Assembly: GCA_951406725.2 (NCBI GenBank)
Contig: OX597827.1
Coordinates: 52,886,001-52,950,000, forward strand
Length of the DNA stretch: 64,000 nucleotides
Origin: Octopus vulgaris
Taxonomy: Eukaryota
Direction: 5' to 3'
The notes beneath the pieces were generated by a model. It had not been told where the DNA came from, did not search any database, and saw only the letters and a list, made by a program, of their open reading frames with translations. Positions 38,863-52,084 of this stretch are shown here, in pieces. A program made the position numbers and the translations under genes. Position 1 is the first letter of the stretch. Each line of letters begins with the position of its first letter.

Positions 38863-41464
38863 GTGTGTATATATATAAGAGAGAGAGAGAGACGGGGGCT
38901 ACATTCTTTGTTCTCTTTTACCTACGTAGCACACAAGCGATCAAATAAACGTACTGGCGCACTTCGCATAGAAAGTTAAAGGGAAAACTGTTCTAAAGTT
39001 AGAAATGTGGACAAAAGATATACAAAACCATTGCTTACTTTTGCTTTATATATTTTATTTGTTTATAAAAATTATTACGAACAAGTTTTTCAAGACGTTC
39101 AAGCTAGTATGAATTTTCAAAAGCCTTAAAACTGATTTAAAATCCGCGGTGCACTGTCAGTGGACCACTGCCCTACATTATTCAAATATGCCCTTCCTAT
39201 TTTAACAAGGTGTGACTTCAGGAAGATTTGACAGCTAAAACTACCAAGGCAAGTGACAACACAGAAATGAATTCTGTTATATTTATTTAGTGATGAAGTT
39301 TATGTATTTAGAATTTGGAAATACAAACAAAACAATTCATGGAAATGATTGCAAAAAAAGGAAAACAGTACAAGGGGGGTGAGCGAAAAGACAAGAAAAT
39401 TCGTTAACCGATTGAAAATAAAAAGAATGGTGTGTTGACAAAAATCAAGGCGTAAAAAGTGGACTCGGCAATACATGTTTTCAGAACTCCTTATTTATAT
39501 ACTCAGAACTCCTTATTTTATAGCTGAACCTAATTACAGCAAAGTAGACTGCCAGCAATAGTTAAAAGATGAGAAATCCAATCATTGACCCTTCGATCAA
39601 AAATCGAAGATTAGCTATTCTGTCTACTTGAATAATAATTGTGACTGGGTGGTAATAATCATATCTTGTAAACTTGTTATTCATGACAATTTCTAGTAGG
39701 AACGATTATTTGTTTCTATGTCGACTGTATGTGCACGCATGAGTGTATGTGTGAATGTGATACAGAGATAAGATTTGTCGAGCAAACCAGCCATGAAAGG
39801 CGTTCCAACCGTAGCCGTCATGTTTTGTATATGAAGGACTACATTGACAAGGCGAGCTTACTCGTTTAAGGCAATGGGACTTGATTTGAGAGTGATTTCG
39901 CAGTTATTTCCAGCAGGTTGAGCGTAAGGGCTCCTGTTTTGAAATAAACTTATCTGTTTACACACGTACACATGCTTTAAAAGTCAGCTGGTTGGACGGG
40001 TGTACTCATTAATGACGTATCAACGTAAGTTATGTCAAGAAGTTGGTTCATGTTTATATGCTTACATAACTTTTATTAGGTATGTAGACTAATTCATATT
40101 CAACAATGATATCGTAACAGAAAAACGAACAAATATATCCACCAAGATCAGAAGTAAACTTATTATTATAAGTTGAATCCATTTCAATTCACTTAATATT
40201 TCTGGCGGTAACTGTCTTAACTCTCCTCTATAAAACGAAGGCCTTCGACATTCGCTAGAACCAATAATGTACAGGTACTTATACTATCATTAAGAGGGAT
40301 CAAAAATGTGGAGCCTCGTGCAAACTTGAAAGTATATACGTCCGTAAACTTGAAAATTCCTACAATGGAATGTACAATTTAGCTGTTTCAATTTCCTTTT
40401 TCAAACCATGTCACTAAACTAACTTTTGAGAAAGAAAAGCCTGAATATTACAATTTCTCATTTACCTTCCCATAACAACATTTTGAACTTTGTGCTTATG
40501 TGAAAAAATAAATAGAATTATGTCATAGTGTGACAGTAAAATCACAATGAGCCTCTATAGCGACCCCACCACTTACAATTCCTGATCGAAGTAGAGTTAC
40601 TTCATTTTACTTAACTTATAATTTTGTGAAAGACATATACGTCATATAATCCCATTTTCTTACTCTTACTATGAGACCTTGTATTTAGATTTTAAAAAAT
40701 TATGTTCATCCAAACACTTCCAAACAAACATAGAAAAGACATCTGACACCTGACGGGTCGGCCCGAAATGAACTAACCAAGTTCAAAGGCGTTCCAGCCG
40801 TAAAAAGTTCGCATTTTTAAGCTATCTAGGTCTACATCATCCAATGATTTCTTCCTTTTTCGATGCGGCAGGCTTTCGTTAGAGGAAGAATTAGCTGCTA
40901 TATCTAGCAGCCCAAGCGGCCACGCAGTTTTTTTCCTTGACTCGTTTAAGTCTCATCCTGAAGGCGGAAACATTTTCACACATATAAGCGCGCACACACA
41001 GACACACACACACGTGTGCATGTCAAACTTATACTGAAATTTATAAAATTACAACGACTATCACATATATAAAAGTAAAATAAGAAGCAGGTTATAAAGA
41101 TAAAAATCCGAAATTGGCGAGAAAAATATATCGATTATTGATTTTTGCTACTTGGGAAGAGAGAAAGAAAATACGCATATACAAACACAGCCAAAATGTT
41201 GTCGACTGAAGTGTAACAAAATCAATTATAAATACACACCTGTATATCAACACACACACACACAGATAGTTAGATAGATAAAGGGAGGGTGAGAAAGATA
41301 GATAGAAAAATAGAGAGCTGGGCAAACTTGCATAATATACATGAAATAACTTCGACTTCGCGTACACGTACACACTGACAATACGGCGCAAATAATAACA
41401 ATATACACATCACCTCTGTTTCAAGACATGGACACATGCGTATATGTATTAAATGCATGTGTTT

Positions 41465-41519
<55 letters not shown>

Positions 41520-41521
<2 letters not shown>

Positions 41522-41965
41522 AAAACACGCCCGCCCGCGCAATCATTGCGTCAACAAAGTTTCACAAATGTTTTTTATGTAAATTGCTTTACTCACCTGC
41601 AAACCAATTTTCTAGATGTATGTACGTCTCAGTAAAAATCCGAGTAAGAAATGAGAAACAGCGAATAGTTGAGGTGAAGAAGGAATACGGTGATAGGGGA
41701 GGGAGGAGGGTGGTAGCAGGTTGTGTGAGATACTTCTCAGTGGTTGTAAATAATAATAATAATAATCCTTTCTATAGTTGTGAGGGGTGGAGGGAGAAGT
41801 ACATCAACTGCTAAGTTTCAGAGTGGAGCGAAATGTAAGCAAAACCTGAACACGGGGAAGAATCGTCATGAAAATCTGACTGTGATAAAACGAGGGAAGG
41901 GGCGCCGTGGTTTGTGGTGATAGTTTGGCTAATTCAGCTGTTGGTGGCGGCGGCGGTGTATCTTG
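41520..41965 (-). promoter_or_regulatory. Candidate promoter / non-coding first exon of a minus-strand gene
   Basis: GC-box-like cgcccgcccgcg (~41528), ggggcgcc (~41899), ggcggcggcgg (~41946); strong minus-strand donor CAG|GTGAGT with exon end at 41597; lies in the CpG-retaining domain. Confidence 0.35.
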
Positions 41966-44318
41966 CTGCAGCTGCTGTAATTTGTTGTTGTTATTGTTAC
42001 TGCTGTAATTCCTCTGGTTGTGACAGTTAAACGTGGCTTGCTGCTGTTGTCATTGTTGTTTTGTTCCAGGTCAACCCTCATTGAGCAAATCTCCTCTCTT
42101 CAAAAGCATTTGAACCATGACCGGTCTATCCTCTCTAATATTACGTATGTTGGACTATATTATCCAATGTGCCCTATTTTCTTAAAAGACGGTAAGGTGT
42201 GATTTAAGGGAGGATTGGCTGCTATTTCTAGCAGGTCGAGCTATTGCGTAGAAGATCCCTCGATGGTTCGTTTTTACTGTTGTTTTCCCTGTTATCACTG
42301 TTATAGTTACCTAGGTCGTTATTTAACCCCAGGTTAACTCTACTCCAAGCAGACTTATGATCAATGATATTGCAGTCACAAACATTCCACTTTTCTTTTG
42401 GGCATAAATTCTCTAGGTCTGCATTATCCATTCTGTCCTTCCTTTAAAAGCCGGTAGAATGAATTCATGGAAAATCTGGCACCTTCGAGCACATTCTTTT
42501 AAGCGTAGTTTTTAAAACCTGCCTCCTAACTTTAAAAATAAAAAGGAACAAAAAACAGTCTTCGAATTTTTTAAAACAACAGATTCGGCATATTTTCCTT
42601 TTAAACAATATAAAGTACTTTGAAAATTAAAGAAGCTCAATCTAATGTTTTATAAATTTAATATTTTATATATTAATTACATGGATATTTTTTAAAAACC
42701 TTAATATCTTACAATAACTGTTGTATTAGTTTTCAAAATAATAAAATTAACGTGTATTCATTAATGAAAGCATTGTGTTGTTACATTTACTGAAAATTTA
42801 AAATGCTGCTGTTTCAATTGATAAGGAATGAAAATATATTTGCAAATGTAAACAAAGAATGTTGTATTTACAACTTCAACTGTAAACGAAATATATTTAA
42901 AAACAAAATTTACTACAACATCTAAGAGCCCTAATCAGTTTCTGATGATAAAAAAAGAAACCTATCAAAATGGAAAAAACTACAGAATCTGAATCTGATG
43001 TTCAAAACAATAATCCGAAGACCGTTAGGGAAAAAATGGCACGATCAATAAGTTTTGGGTGTGGGGTAAATGCCCACGCTGAAATGCCCTACTATCGCTC
43101 TCTCGGTGGCTCAATAATGGAATCATTATTATTTAGTCACATTTCAGTCCTGATTGACTTGAACAATGACTTATATCATTCTTACCGTGACCATTCGGTA
43201 TATCAGGAAATGCACTGATCAAAGTGTCCGCTTTTAAGACAATTGTGTATAATTTGAGGGCGATTTGGTTGCTATTTCTAGTAGATCGCGCGACCGCAGA
43301 GAAGCCCTGGTGTTGATGGTGGTTTGATTATGGTAGGAAAAATACTGCTGCTGATATTATTTTTAGTGCTATGTCAGCCCTGATCTAAAAAAAACAAAAA
43401 AACTATAAAGACACTCCAACCATGATCATCCAGTCTTTGTTTAAGGTATGCTTCAACAAATATATTAACTTTGACATAAGTCTCCTTCCCTTTTCAACAT
43501 GATATGGTATGATTTATGAGAGATGTAGCTGCTATTTCTAGAAGGTCGAACCACAGAGAAGTATTCTTTCTTTGGGTTGTAGGTGTCATTGTCTAATCTC
43601 AAGAAAGCCTTTGTTGCACAGACATACCATCAAAAGACTTGCCAGCTGTGACTATCCTGACATTTAGTAAATCAGAATCTATATTACTCAATGTATCCTT
43701 CAATTTTGAAGATGGTAAAGTGAGATTTTAGTGATTTGGCTACTTTTTTTTCCCCTAATCTCTTTTCTGCAAATGCAAAGTGGCTGAATATAAGTTTGAA
43801 TGTGTACAGACAGACAGGCAGGCAAATAGATGGATAGATAGATAGATAGATAACTAATAGTGTGTCGTTGCAGACAGTTGTGGTGGTAAATGTCATTTAG
43901 ATATCTGTATTCACATGCAAGAATAATGAAGCCTCTATCTGGTTGCTCAGCTTGCTAGAATTAACAACTAAATCTCTTCAGACTTCTACCAACCAACCAT
44001 CTTGAAAAGAGAAGGACACATTGGATTAAGATTATTGTAGGTCCTTGTGGGATGATAATGGCTGGAATGCTTTTGAGGCCTGTCAAATCAGAGCCGACCA
44101 GGGGCTAAACAACAACAACAATGATACATTTTTATACAATAGTAATAAGTCATTATTCTACAAAGGCATAAAACCAGTTTCACAAGGAAGAATAATAATT
44201 GATAAAGTATCACTGATACTTCTTTTATTGACCCCAAAAATGCAAATTTTCCTCCATTAATATCTGAACTCAAGATAGAAAGTTAGAACTAAATCTAGCA
44301 TTCAACTGTTTTGGCTAT

Positions 44319-44355
<37 letters not shown>

Positions 44356-44407
44356 TCCCCCCCTCTCTGTATGTATGTATGTGTATATATATATATATAT
44401 ATATATA

Positions 44408-44580
44408 AAGGGAAAGTTTACGAAAATAAACAAAAGACAAAGACAGATGGTGTACAAAACAAACAGATGTATTAGTATAGCACTCAGGAAAAGAAAAAGT
44501 CTTTTACGTTTCGAGCCTACGCTCTTCTACAGAAAGGGACACAGAAAAAAAACAAGGAGAGAAAAAAATGTGTGTAGTGG

Positions 44581-44584
<4 letters not shown>
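44408..44584 (-). mobile_element. Penelope-like terminal-repeat fragment in (TA)n with hammerhead-like motif
   Basis: Minus strand ctgtagaagagcgtaggctcgaaacgt; structurally parallel to 63097-63306. Confidence 0.55.
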
Positions 44585-44618
<34 letters not shown>

Positions 44619-44624
44619 TATATA

Positions 44625-44838
44625 CAAGAGGGTGCTGAAAAGTTCTTGACTTTGGGTAAACGAAAATACAGGAGGATCAGTTAATTATGATTTTATTCAA
44701 CCTATTCTTGTCTCAGATTCACACACTTATTGCAGTGGTCCGTCAGTACTTGTAAGCCCTGTAAAAGAACTTGGAAAGTTGGGTCCCAAACAGGCCTTTG
44801 GCAATAACTTAAAGACAGGAACTTTTCTGCATCTCCTC
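44625..44838. mobile_element. Mariner-type MITE
   Basis: ta|caagagggtgctgaaaagttcttgacttt versus aaagacaggaacttttctgcatctcctca|ta: imperfect TIRs with TA flanks. Confidence 0.7.
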
Positions 44839-44842
44839 ATAT

Positions 44843-44895
<53 letters not shown>

Positions 44896-46049
44896 ATGAC
44901 TAAGATATCTGGCAGTATGAGGTGCTTGAGAGCACCACCCCACTGCCACTTCAGCGAAACTGAGTTCTGGAAGTGCCTTGTATACCATTCACATGTAACA
45001 TTAATTCACACACCCTACCCCTATGAACCAAACTACATTTCTGCATGCATTATGCTTCTCTCTCCCACTCAACCCCAATTCCTGTAGCCCAACTCTGCTC
45101 TGTCATTTCTATCTCTCTCCCCTCACATCCCTCTACCAACTGCATCATTGCTGTCCAGTCACTCCTTTATATACTTGCATTTTATCACTCACTGCATTCC
45201 CCTCTTTCCCTCCCCTCTCCTCCTTTTGCACCTTCACGAACTCCCTACTCACTCTGAACAATCCTCTATCATTCCATTGATATTCACACCCTTGTATCTT
45301 GAGAGAACGTTCTGGCATACTGCCACCATCTGTCTCACATACACACATTCTCTCTCTCTCTCTCTCTCTCTCCAATTGGGTGACCATTTATTTCAAAGGC
45401 AAGACACCTGTTTCTGTCCTTCTATCATAGTTTAAACTCTCATTACCTGGAACAAAGCCACCTCCGTCAACATCACTTCTCCTCTCAGCTGAAGGGTTTT
45501 TATCTTGCAAGTTATGTGATGACCTCACCAGTACTGTTTCCACATAAAAAGCACCTAGTCCACTTTGTAAAGTGGTTGGTGTTAGGAAGGGTGTCTAGCC
45601 ATAAAACCAGTTTATATTTTATAGAGGTCTGTTGCATATATATATAGTAGAAGCACTTCTAATATTAAGTAATAATAGAAAGTCAAATATTTGGGAAAGA
45701 GTTTAGTCAATAATATTGGCTGTCATCCACTTTATTATCCTCAGAAGGATGAAAGACAGTAACCATTGTGGAATTTAAACTTATAATGTAAAGACAGGCC
45801 ACCAAATCTGTCTTCTCTCCAAATAGTTCAGCAAAATGCTGCTAAAAATAATTACACCACTGCTTGGAATTGGTCACCAATGCCTGTGATGGATTGTGAG
45901 AGGAAGTTTGAATGACTGTCTTGTAACCATGTACTATTTCCAGGCTCAGAGCACAGCTTCCATTCCCACAAATCTCAGAGTACATAGTTAACTCTGTCAA
46001 TACAAAATGGCAATGCCCAATTGCTGTTCTTACAACCAATGATAAATGA

Positions 46050-46495
46050 GTATCCACAAACACTTAGCTTCTTATTTTCCTCTTCATTACACATTAGTTT
46101 CTTTTTTTGGCTTCTCCATTTCTTTAATTGTGACAAAGGTGTGTCCCAGCTTCCTTTCTCACTCTTATTTTCTCATTCTCTTCATCTCCGACTCTTGCTT
46201 TCTCTTCTACTATCCACCTTTTTCCTCTTTCATTTTTCTATAATCTTTCTTTTTTGCATAGTTTTACTTTTCATTCTTTTTTCTTAACTCTCCTTTTGTC
46301 CTCCTTCCTTTGCTCTCATTAATATGTCTTTTCTTGTTAATTTTCCTTTTTACTATTCTCATCTTTCTCTCTCTTCCCGTCTTTCTTTCTCTCATTCTCT
46401 TCTCTTTTTCACTATAATCCTTTCCTGTATTTCCAGTCATGTACAGCTTTTTCTTCCTCTTCCCTCTGATTGTCTCTCTTTTAGTTTTCTCTTGA
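46050..46495 (+). repeat. Pyrimidine-rich low-complexity tract
   Basis: Degenerate CT/TTC-rich; similar tract at 16200-16470. Confidence 0.65.
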
Positions 46496-47072
46496 CAATG
46501 AATTACATTGACTGCTAGGTGCTTTGGTAGGTAGGTTATGTTAGGTTACTCATGAGTGCTACTAGTAGTATATAATTGAGTACAACCTGTGTTAGGTTAT
46601 TGGTGACCAAACTAGCAGCCTATACTAAAACAGCTAGGTGAAAAGGGATGCTGCAAGCCAAGCAGAAGAAAAACAAGACCTGTCAAAAAGATGGATGAAC
46701 CTTGTTTTAAGTCGATGGTTACCCAACAATAATCTATAAGGTGGAGTGGGAGTGATGGATGAGTAAGCATATAGTAAGACTACTGTGCTCTGGTGCTCTT
46801 CAACTATGAGGAAGGCTATTTATCTAGAAGAGAGTCAGGCTGAATAAAATTTTGGTAGATCAAGAGAATATAATTTTTCATCTGCAACCATTAGTTGAAC
46901 CCAGTGATCTAAATATTTACTTAACTTTTGGGGAATTTTGCATAAGGTCAAATAAGACAGTATGATGGCGTGCAAACCACAATTTCCTTTTGTCTTAAAT
47001 ATCTTAGATCTTATCCGTGATATGTGTTTCTTGTTAACATAGATGGGTCGCTTAATTGTTTAACTATTTTAA

Positions 47073-47292
47073 CTCTTTTGTACTTAAACCAGTCAAATTT
47101 AGCTAAAATATTCTACTTGTTTTATGTTCAAACTGGCCACATCTGGCCCTTCACACCAATCTTATAATATCATTCTAAAAATTAACAGTTACCTTATCAA
47201 AATCTCTAAGCTACAAGATAATGCATGATTAATTTGAAACCATGTGAATAAATGAGCTTTACTTTTGATAGAATAATTTAAATGCTAAAGGG
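47073..47292. mobile_element. piggyBac-like MITE (TTAA flanks)
   Basis: ttaa|ctctttt...aaaggg|ttaa. Confidence 0.6.
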
Positions 47293-49174
47293 TTAAAATT
47301 TTCTAACAACTTTTGAGAAATATATTCATCTGGGCTAAAAAGTCAGCTTTGTTTTGCAGTTCTTAACAAGTAACAGTCATGATCATTATGGACAATGTAG
47401 CAGCAGTGAAGTGAACCTGGAAGTGTTGCCAGGGACTCCAAAGAGGATTTTCTCGTTTTCATAAAGGACTGTACCTTTAGAATTAGTCTATCCTGAGATA
47501 TGTATGTGGTGCCTTGTCTCTATCAGATTCCTGCATGCTTTTGATAGCTCTTGTCCCTTTGAGTTGACTTTTTCCATCAGATGGGCAGATAGGGAGGTAA
47601 ACATCTCTGACTCACCTGGTGGTGGTGATCCAGTAAACTATTAGGTTGTTGGGTCACCACCATATCTGTCACTAAGGGTGTGCACTGGATGGTACTGCCC
47701 CTTCACTATTCAATGGTGCACCCTCAGATTTAGAAAATACAGTTTACAAAAATTTTCCCACCATACAAATTAGTGCCCTCCCAAAGTCTGGTGATGGGCA
47801 TGGTCACAACTGAAAAGCCAGACACCATGTAGTAATTCAAGGGCACGGAAGGACTTGAGTTCAGCACTGAAAGCTTTAAAAAAAATGGTTAATTTTTACT
47901 CTGCAACCACTATTTAGAAGTTGCTGCTTAGGAATAAGGAAGTTGGTTCTTGGAAGTTAAATGTCTCATTGGCCACAAATACAATGCAGTGATTAAAACA
48001 AAGTATGAACATTTCGCCTTTTGTATGACTCTTCAGTACCATATTGAGTTAACCATATGTGCTCTAACCCAACTTGCCTGCAATGAAATAAATCCTGGAT
48101 TTGGATTTCCTAGAGAGGAAATATCAAGCCTATAACCTGGTGAAGTACATTCTAAATCATAAAGGAAATTATTTGTAGAGTAGCAGCTGACATTAGAAAT
48201 AAGGTCATAAACTGGACACCTGATACTCTGTATGATAGCTTGAAATATACACTGTCAGTCTCACCGAGGCATTAGGTGTGACTTTGTACCAGCTTTAATG
48301 GTTAAAAATTGGTACCATCACTAGTTAGGAATGTTACATTCATTGGATTTGTTTCTTAGGAGTGGGCAACTATTATTTGTCTACGTAAATAATAGAATCT
48401 AAGTATGGGCTGTTATAAGTTTTTCAGGAATCTGAAAAATATTTGCATTTTGCATTAAATTCAAGTGTTGAGATGGTGTGGTTTCAGACCTTTCCTGGAC
48501 AATGTAAGCAAAGCGGTTTCAGTACCGAAACATACAATATCTTTTCTTCAAGAAAATGAGGTAACATGCATTAAATGCAGTAGTTCAATCTGCTAGAAAT
48601 AGTAGCCAAATCTCCTTTGAATCACACCCTGCTGTCTTAAAAATAGTAATGCACTATATATACAAAAAAAGTCTTTCATATATAAAGATGAGATGGTCAT
48701 GACTGGAATGCTGACATGGGACTACTCAATGAAGGCTGACCTGGGGCAAAACAATATCTTTTCTTTACTCTCATTTGACAGTTAGAGAAGCATGCTAAGT
48801 TGTATAAATTATTGGTTCATGAGTCATGAGTTTACTTGAATAAAATGACTGAAATATAATATACCAATATCTATTGGCAGATTATGAGAAAATCATAAAT
48901 CAAATGAAGCTTTGATGACAATTGCAGCTTAACGATAGGTTGAATAAGAAAATGAACAAATAGAATTTCTTATCACAACACCTGGCAATACAATTTTAGC
49001 TGACATATTTGAGATTTGTTTTTGATTAATTTGGAGTTGCTAAAACCCAAAATCACATTGGTCTTTGTCTATTGCATTCATTTTTTATTCTACAACATAC
49101 AGCAGTTTTAATAATCACTAAATCACAATAAAGGGATCAGTTTTGCCCTATCAGCATTGGTTTAGATCAGTGTT

Positions 49175-49513
49175 ATTCTTTTGTTTTAGTCATTTGACTG
49201 TGGCCATGCTGGAGCACCACCTTGAAGGGTTTTAGTTGAACAAATTGACCTTAGGACATTTTTTAAGCCTAGTACTTATTCTATCAATCTCTTTTGTTGA
49301 ACTGCTAAGTTACAGGGACATAGACACACCAATACCAGTTGTCAAGCAGTGATGGGGGGACAAACACAAAGACACACACAACAAGTTTCTTTCTGTTTCC
49401 ATCTAACAAATCCACTCACAAGGTTTTGGTTGGCACAAGGTTATAGCAGAAGACACTTGCCCACGGTGCCATGCAGTGTGACTGAACCCGGAACCATGTG
49501 GCTGTGAAACAAG
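49175..49513 (-). mobile_element. SINE family B
   Basis: gactgtggccatgctggagcaccacc..gaagacacttgcccacggtgccatgcagtgtgactgaacccggaaccatgtg. Confidence 0.85.
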
Positions 49514-49514
49514 C

Positions 49515-49753
49515 AACCATTTTTTCTTACCTATGGACCTCTTTGATTCCTATTTTACTTGGATGGACCCTCCAAGCCATTTGATGTTTAAACAAATCAT
49601 ATCATATTTGTATAATTAAATATTATTAGAAATTGTACAGAAAAATTGTTAAAATATTTCATAGAAGTATAACCAATTTATTGCAAATAAACTTTAACAA
49701 CAAAGTCTTATATGGGCCCTAAGGGCTATATGGACCCCATTTGAGAACCACTG
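49515..49753 (+). mobile_element. hAT-like MITE
   Basis: Homologous to 27768-27980; right end tggaccccatttgagaaccactg. Confidence 0.65.
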
Positions 49754-49885
49754 GTTTAATTGATACTGCATAATACATCATACCTTTATATATGTTGTTG
49801 CGTCCACTTGTATGCTGAAATTAGGGATCTCACTTACACTTTATATTTTGTTGGTTAGCAGTTAGATCTGTTATGAAATATATTT

Positions 49886-50090
49886 GCTGGCAGAATTGAT
49901 AGCACACCAGGCAAAATGCTTAGCAGTATTTCACCCATCTTTACATTCTGAGTTCAAATTCTGCCAAGGTCAACTTTGCCTTCTATCTTTTCAGGGTTGA
50001 TAAAATAGTACCATTTGAGCACTGGAGGCAATGTAACTTATCTCCTCCCCCAAAATTGCTGGCCTTGCGTCAGAATTTGAAACCAATATT
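49886..50090 (+). mobile_element. SINE family A
   Basis: gctggcagaattgatagcac..ttctgagttcaaattctgccaaggtcaactttgcc..aatttgaaacc. Confidence 0.85.
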
Positions 50091-51446
50091 AATGTTATCT
50101 ATATAGTGTTATCATAATATAGTAGTATATATCATTAAAACAAACTTATATTACTAAATTCGGTTGATTCAGCACAGAAGTTTAGAGTAAAGCCATTCAA
50201 CAAAGGAGGTGTCTGCTTTGGCTTTTATGAAGCAAATTTTGTGGACTGGATATAAAAAAAAACCTACAGAAGCAGGATCTTTATAGCCCCCAGATAAATG
50301 AACTTATAAAATATATAGTCCTACTAGGGTCTCTAATTTCTGTGCACAAGTGGATATATCAGCATATAAAGGGATGTGCTGTATCTCCAAAACAAGAGCT
50401 GATATGACAAAACTGGTGGTATGATTGGAATCAGTGTCTCAACTATATTGAAGAATAATAGATCTAACCTTCAACATAGCTTTCTTTACTTTTTTGTTTT
50501 TTTGATTTTCTGTCAGTGTTATTAAACATCTGGTTCTGTTCTGTTTGTTGTCTTTGTTTTTTTTTCTTTTTTGTTTGTGTGTGTGTGTGCATGCATGTTT
50601 GTGTGTGCATGCATGTGTGTGTGTGTGTGTGTGTGTGGCTAAAAAACAGATCAGAAAGTAGAGAGAATTATATTTTTTTAAAAGAAAACATTGAAGGTAA
50701 CAGAAAATTTGCAACTAAAGTATAAAAGAAATGAAAACATTTCAAATACTTTTTATTAATTCCTGGTGAGCCAAATGCTCACCCAGATATCAATTCCTCC
50801 TGCATCTACTTTAAGCGATAGTATCTTTAAAAAGGCACAAATATCAAAACATTCCATTTCCCTCCCTTCAAAGTCTGTAGCATTGTCCTTTTGTAAGGTG
50901 TGATATATAAATTAAAGATAGAGATAAAAAAGATTTTAATCCTGATTTTGAGTTTTTATCTTTGTACTCCCATGTACAGAACATCTTCCTTTCCTTGCCA
51001 TTTTTATGAGTTGTCTCTATATTTCTCCTTTATAACTTCATAGAATGAAACCAATGATAAAATGTACAGATATGATGGAGAGAGTGGAATGATGTTCATT
51101 ACCTTCTCAGTTATGGTTTATCAGCAATGATTAGGATAGCTTAATGCAAACCACATGGTTGTGAGCAAACTTTTTAGCAACATAACTTTGCTTATTTCCT
51201 TATAAGGATTTATTACTTCAATAAATTGTATTAAATTGTCACATGCCTTTGTTTTTTACAGTTGCCTCCTTATTGATATGCTAACTACCTATTGAATATA
51301 TGACAGTCTGCTTCAATAGGTGTAAGTGCTAAAATGGAAAATGCTCATAATGGCAAAATATTGAAGGAGGAATGTAACTCTGAGCAATGCTTGTTGATGT
51401 GAATTCAGATTCATTAAAAAGTATGTTCCTCAAGAAAATCTGATTA

Positions 51447-51893
51447 CATTGTGTAATACGATTTTTGTCCTTGGGTAATAACTTATTTCCATTTGCTTAC
51501 TCCTAGAAAATATGAAAAATGGTTAATATTTCCTTCAAACTTTGCTTTTGTCACATTTATTTAAACCCCAAACTATGACTATGATGCTTCCCAACTACTC
51601 CTGTTCATGATCAGAGATGCACATGTTGTCAGTCACTAAGGGACATGCTGGTTAAAGTTAAGCAAATCTGTTGTACTGAGCAGAATATTTGTTATAATGA
51701 TATTTCTGTTTCAGCAACTGGAATCTGTCTAAAATGTAATGGAAAATAGACGAGTTCCAAAACATTGATGTCTAGGCCATAAAAGCAAAATCTGAAGGGA
51801 ATAGTAGTCATTTCCTTTGATTTCTGGATAGAAGCAAATAAGAAATAAATTTACTGACCAAAGGCAAAAGAAAAAAAATTTTGTTACACAGTG
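51447..51893. mobile_element. MITE with ~100-bp imperfect TIRs and a captured internal fragment
   Basis: cattgtgtaa..ttatttccatttgctt..tttccttcaaactttgctttt versus aaaagcaaaatctgaagggaa..aagcaaataagaaataa..ttacacagtg. Confidence 0.65.
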
Positions 51894-52084
51894 CTATAGA
51901 TGTATTTCAGGCAAGGCTGGGTATACATATTCTCTAGCAAATTCTGTTACATTGATGAAGCAAAGTTTATGCCCTTACAAGTGAATAGTTTTCCTATTTA
52001 TACATGTATGCAATCGGTCGTTAATATTTTTGAATAATTTCTTCATAATTGAGTTAATATTACAGCTGTGTAAATTTCAAACTA

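Noticed and set aside
39481-39522. 22-bp tandem duplication
   Set aside because: Ordinary slippage product.
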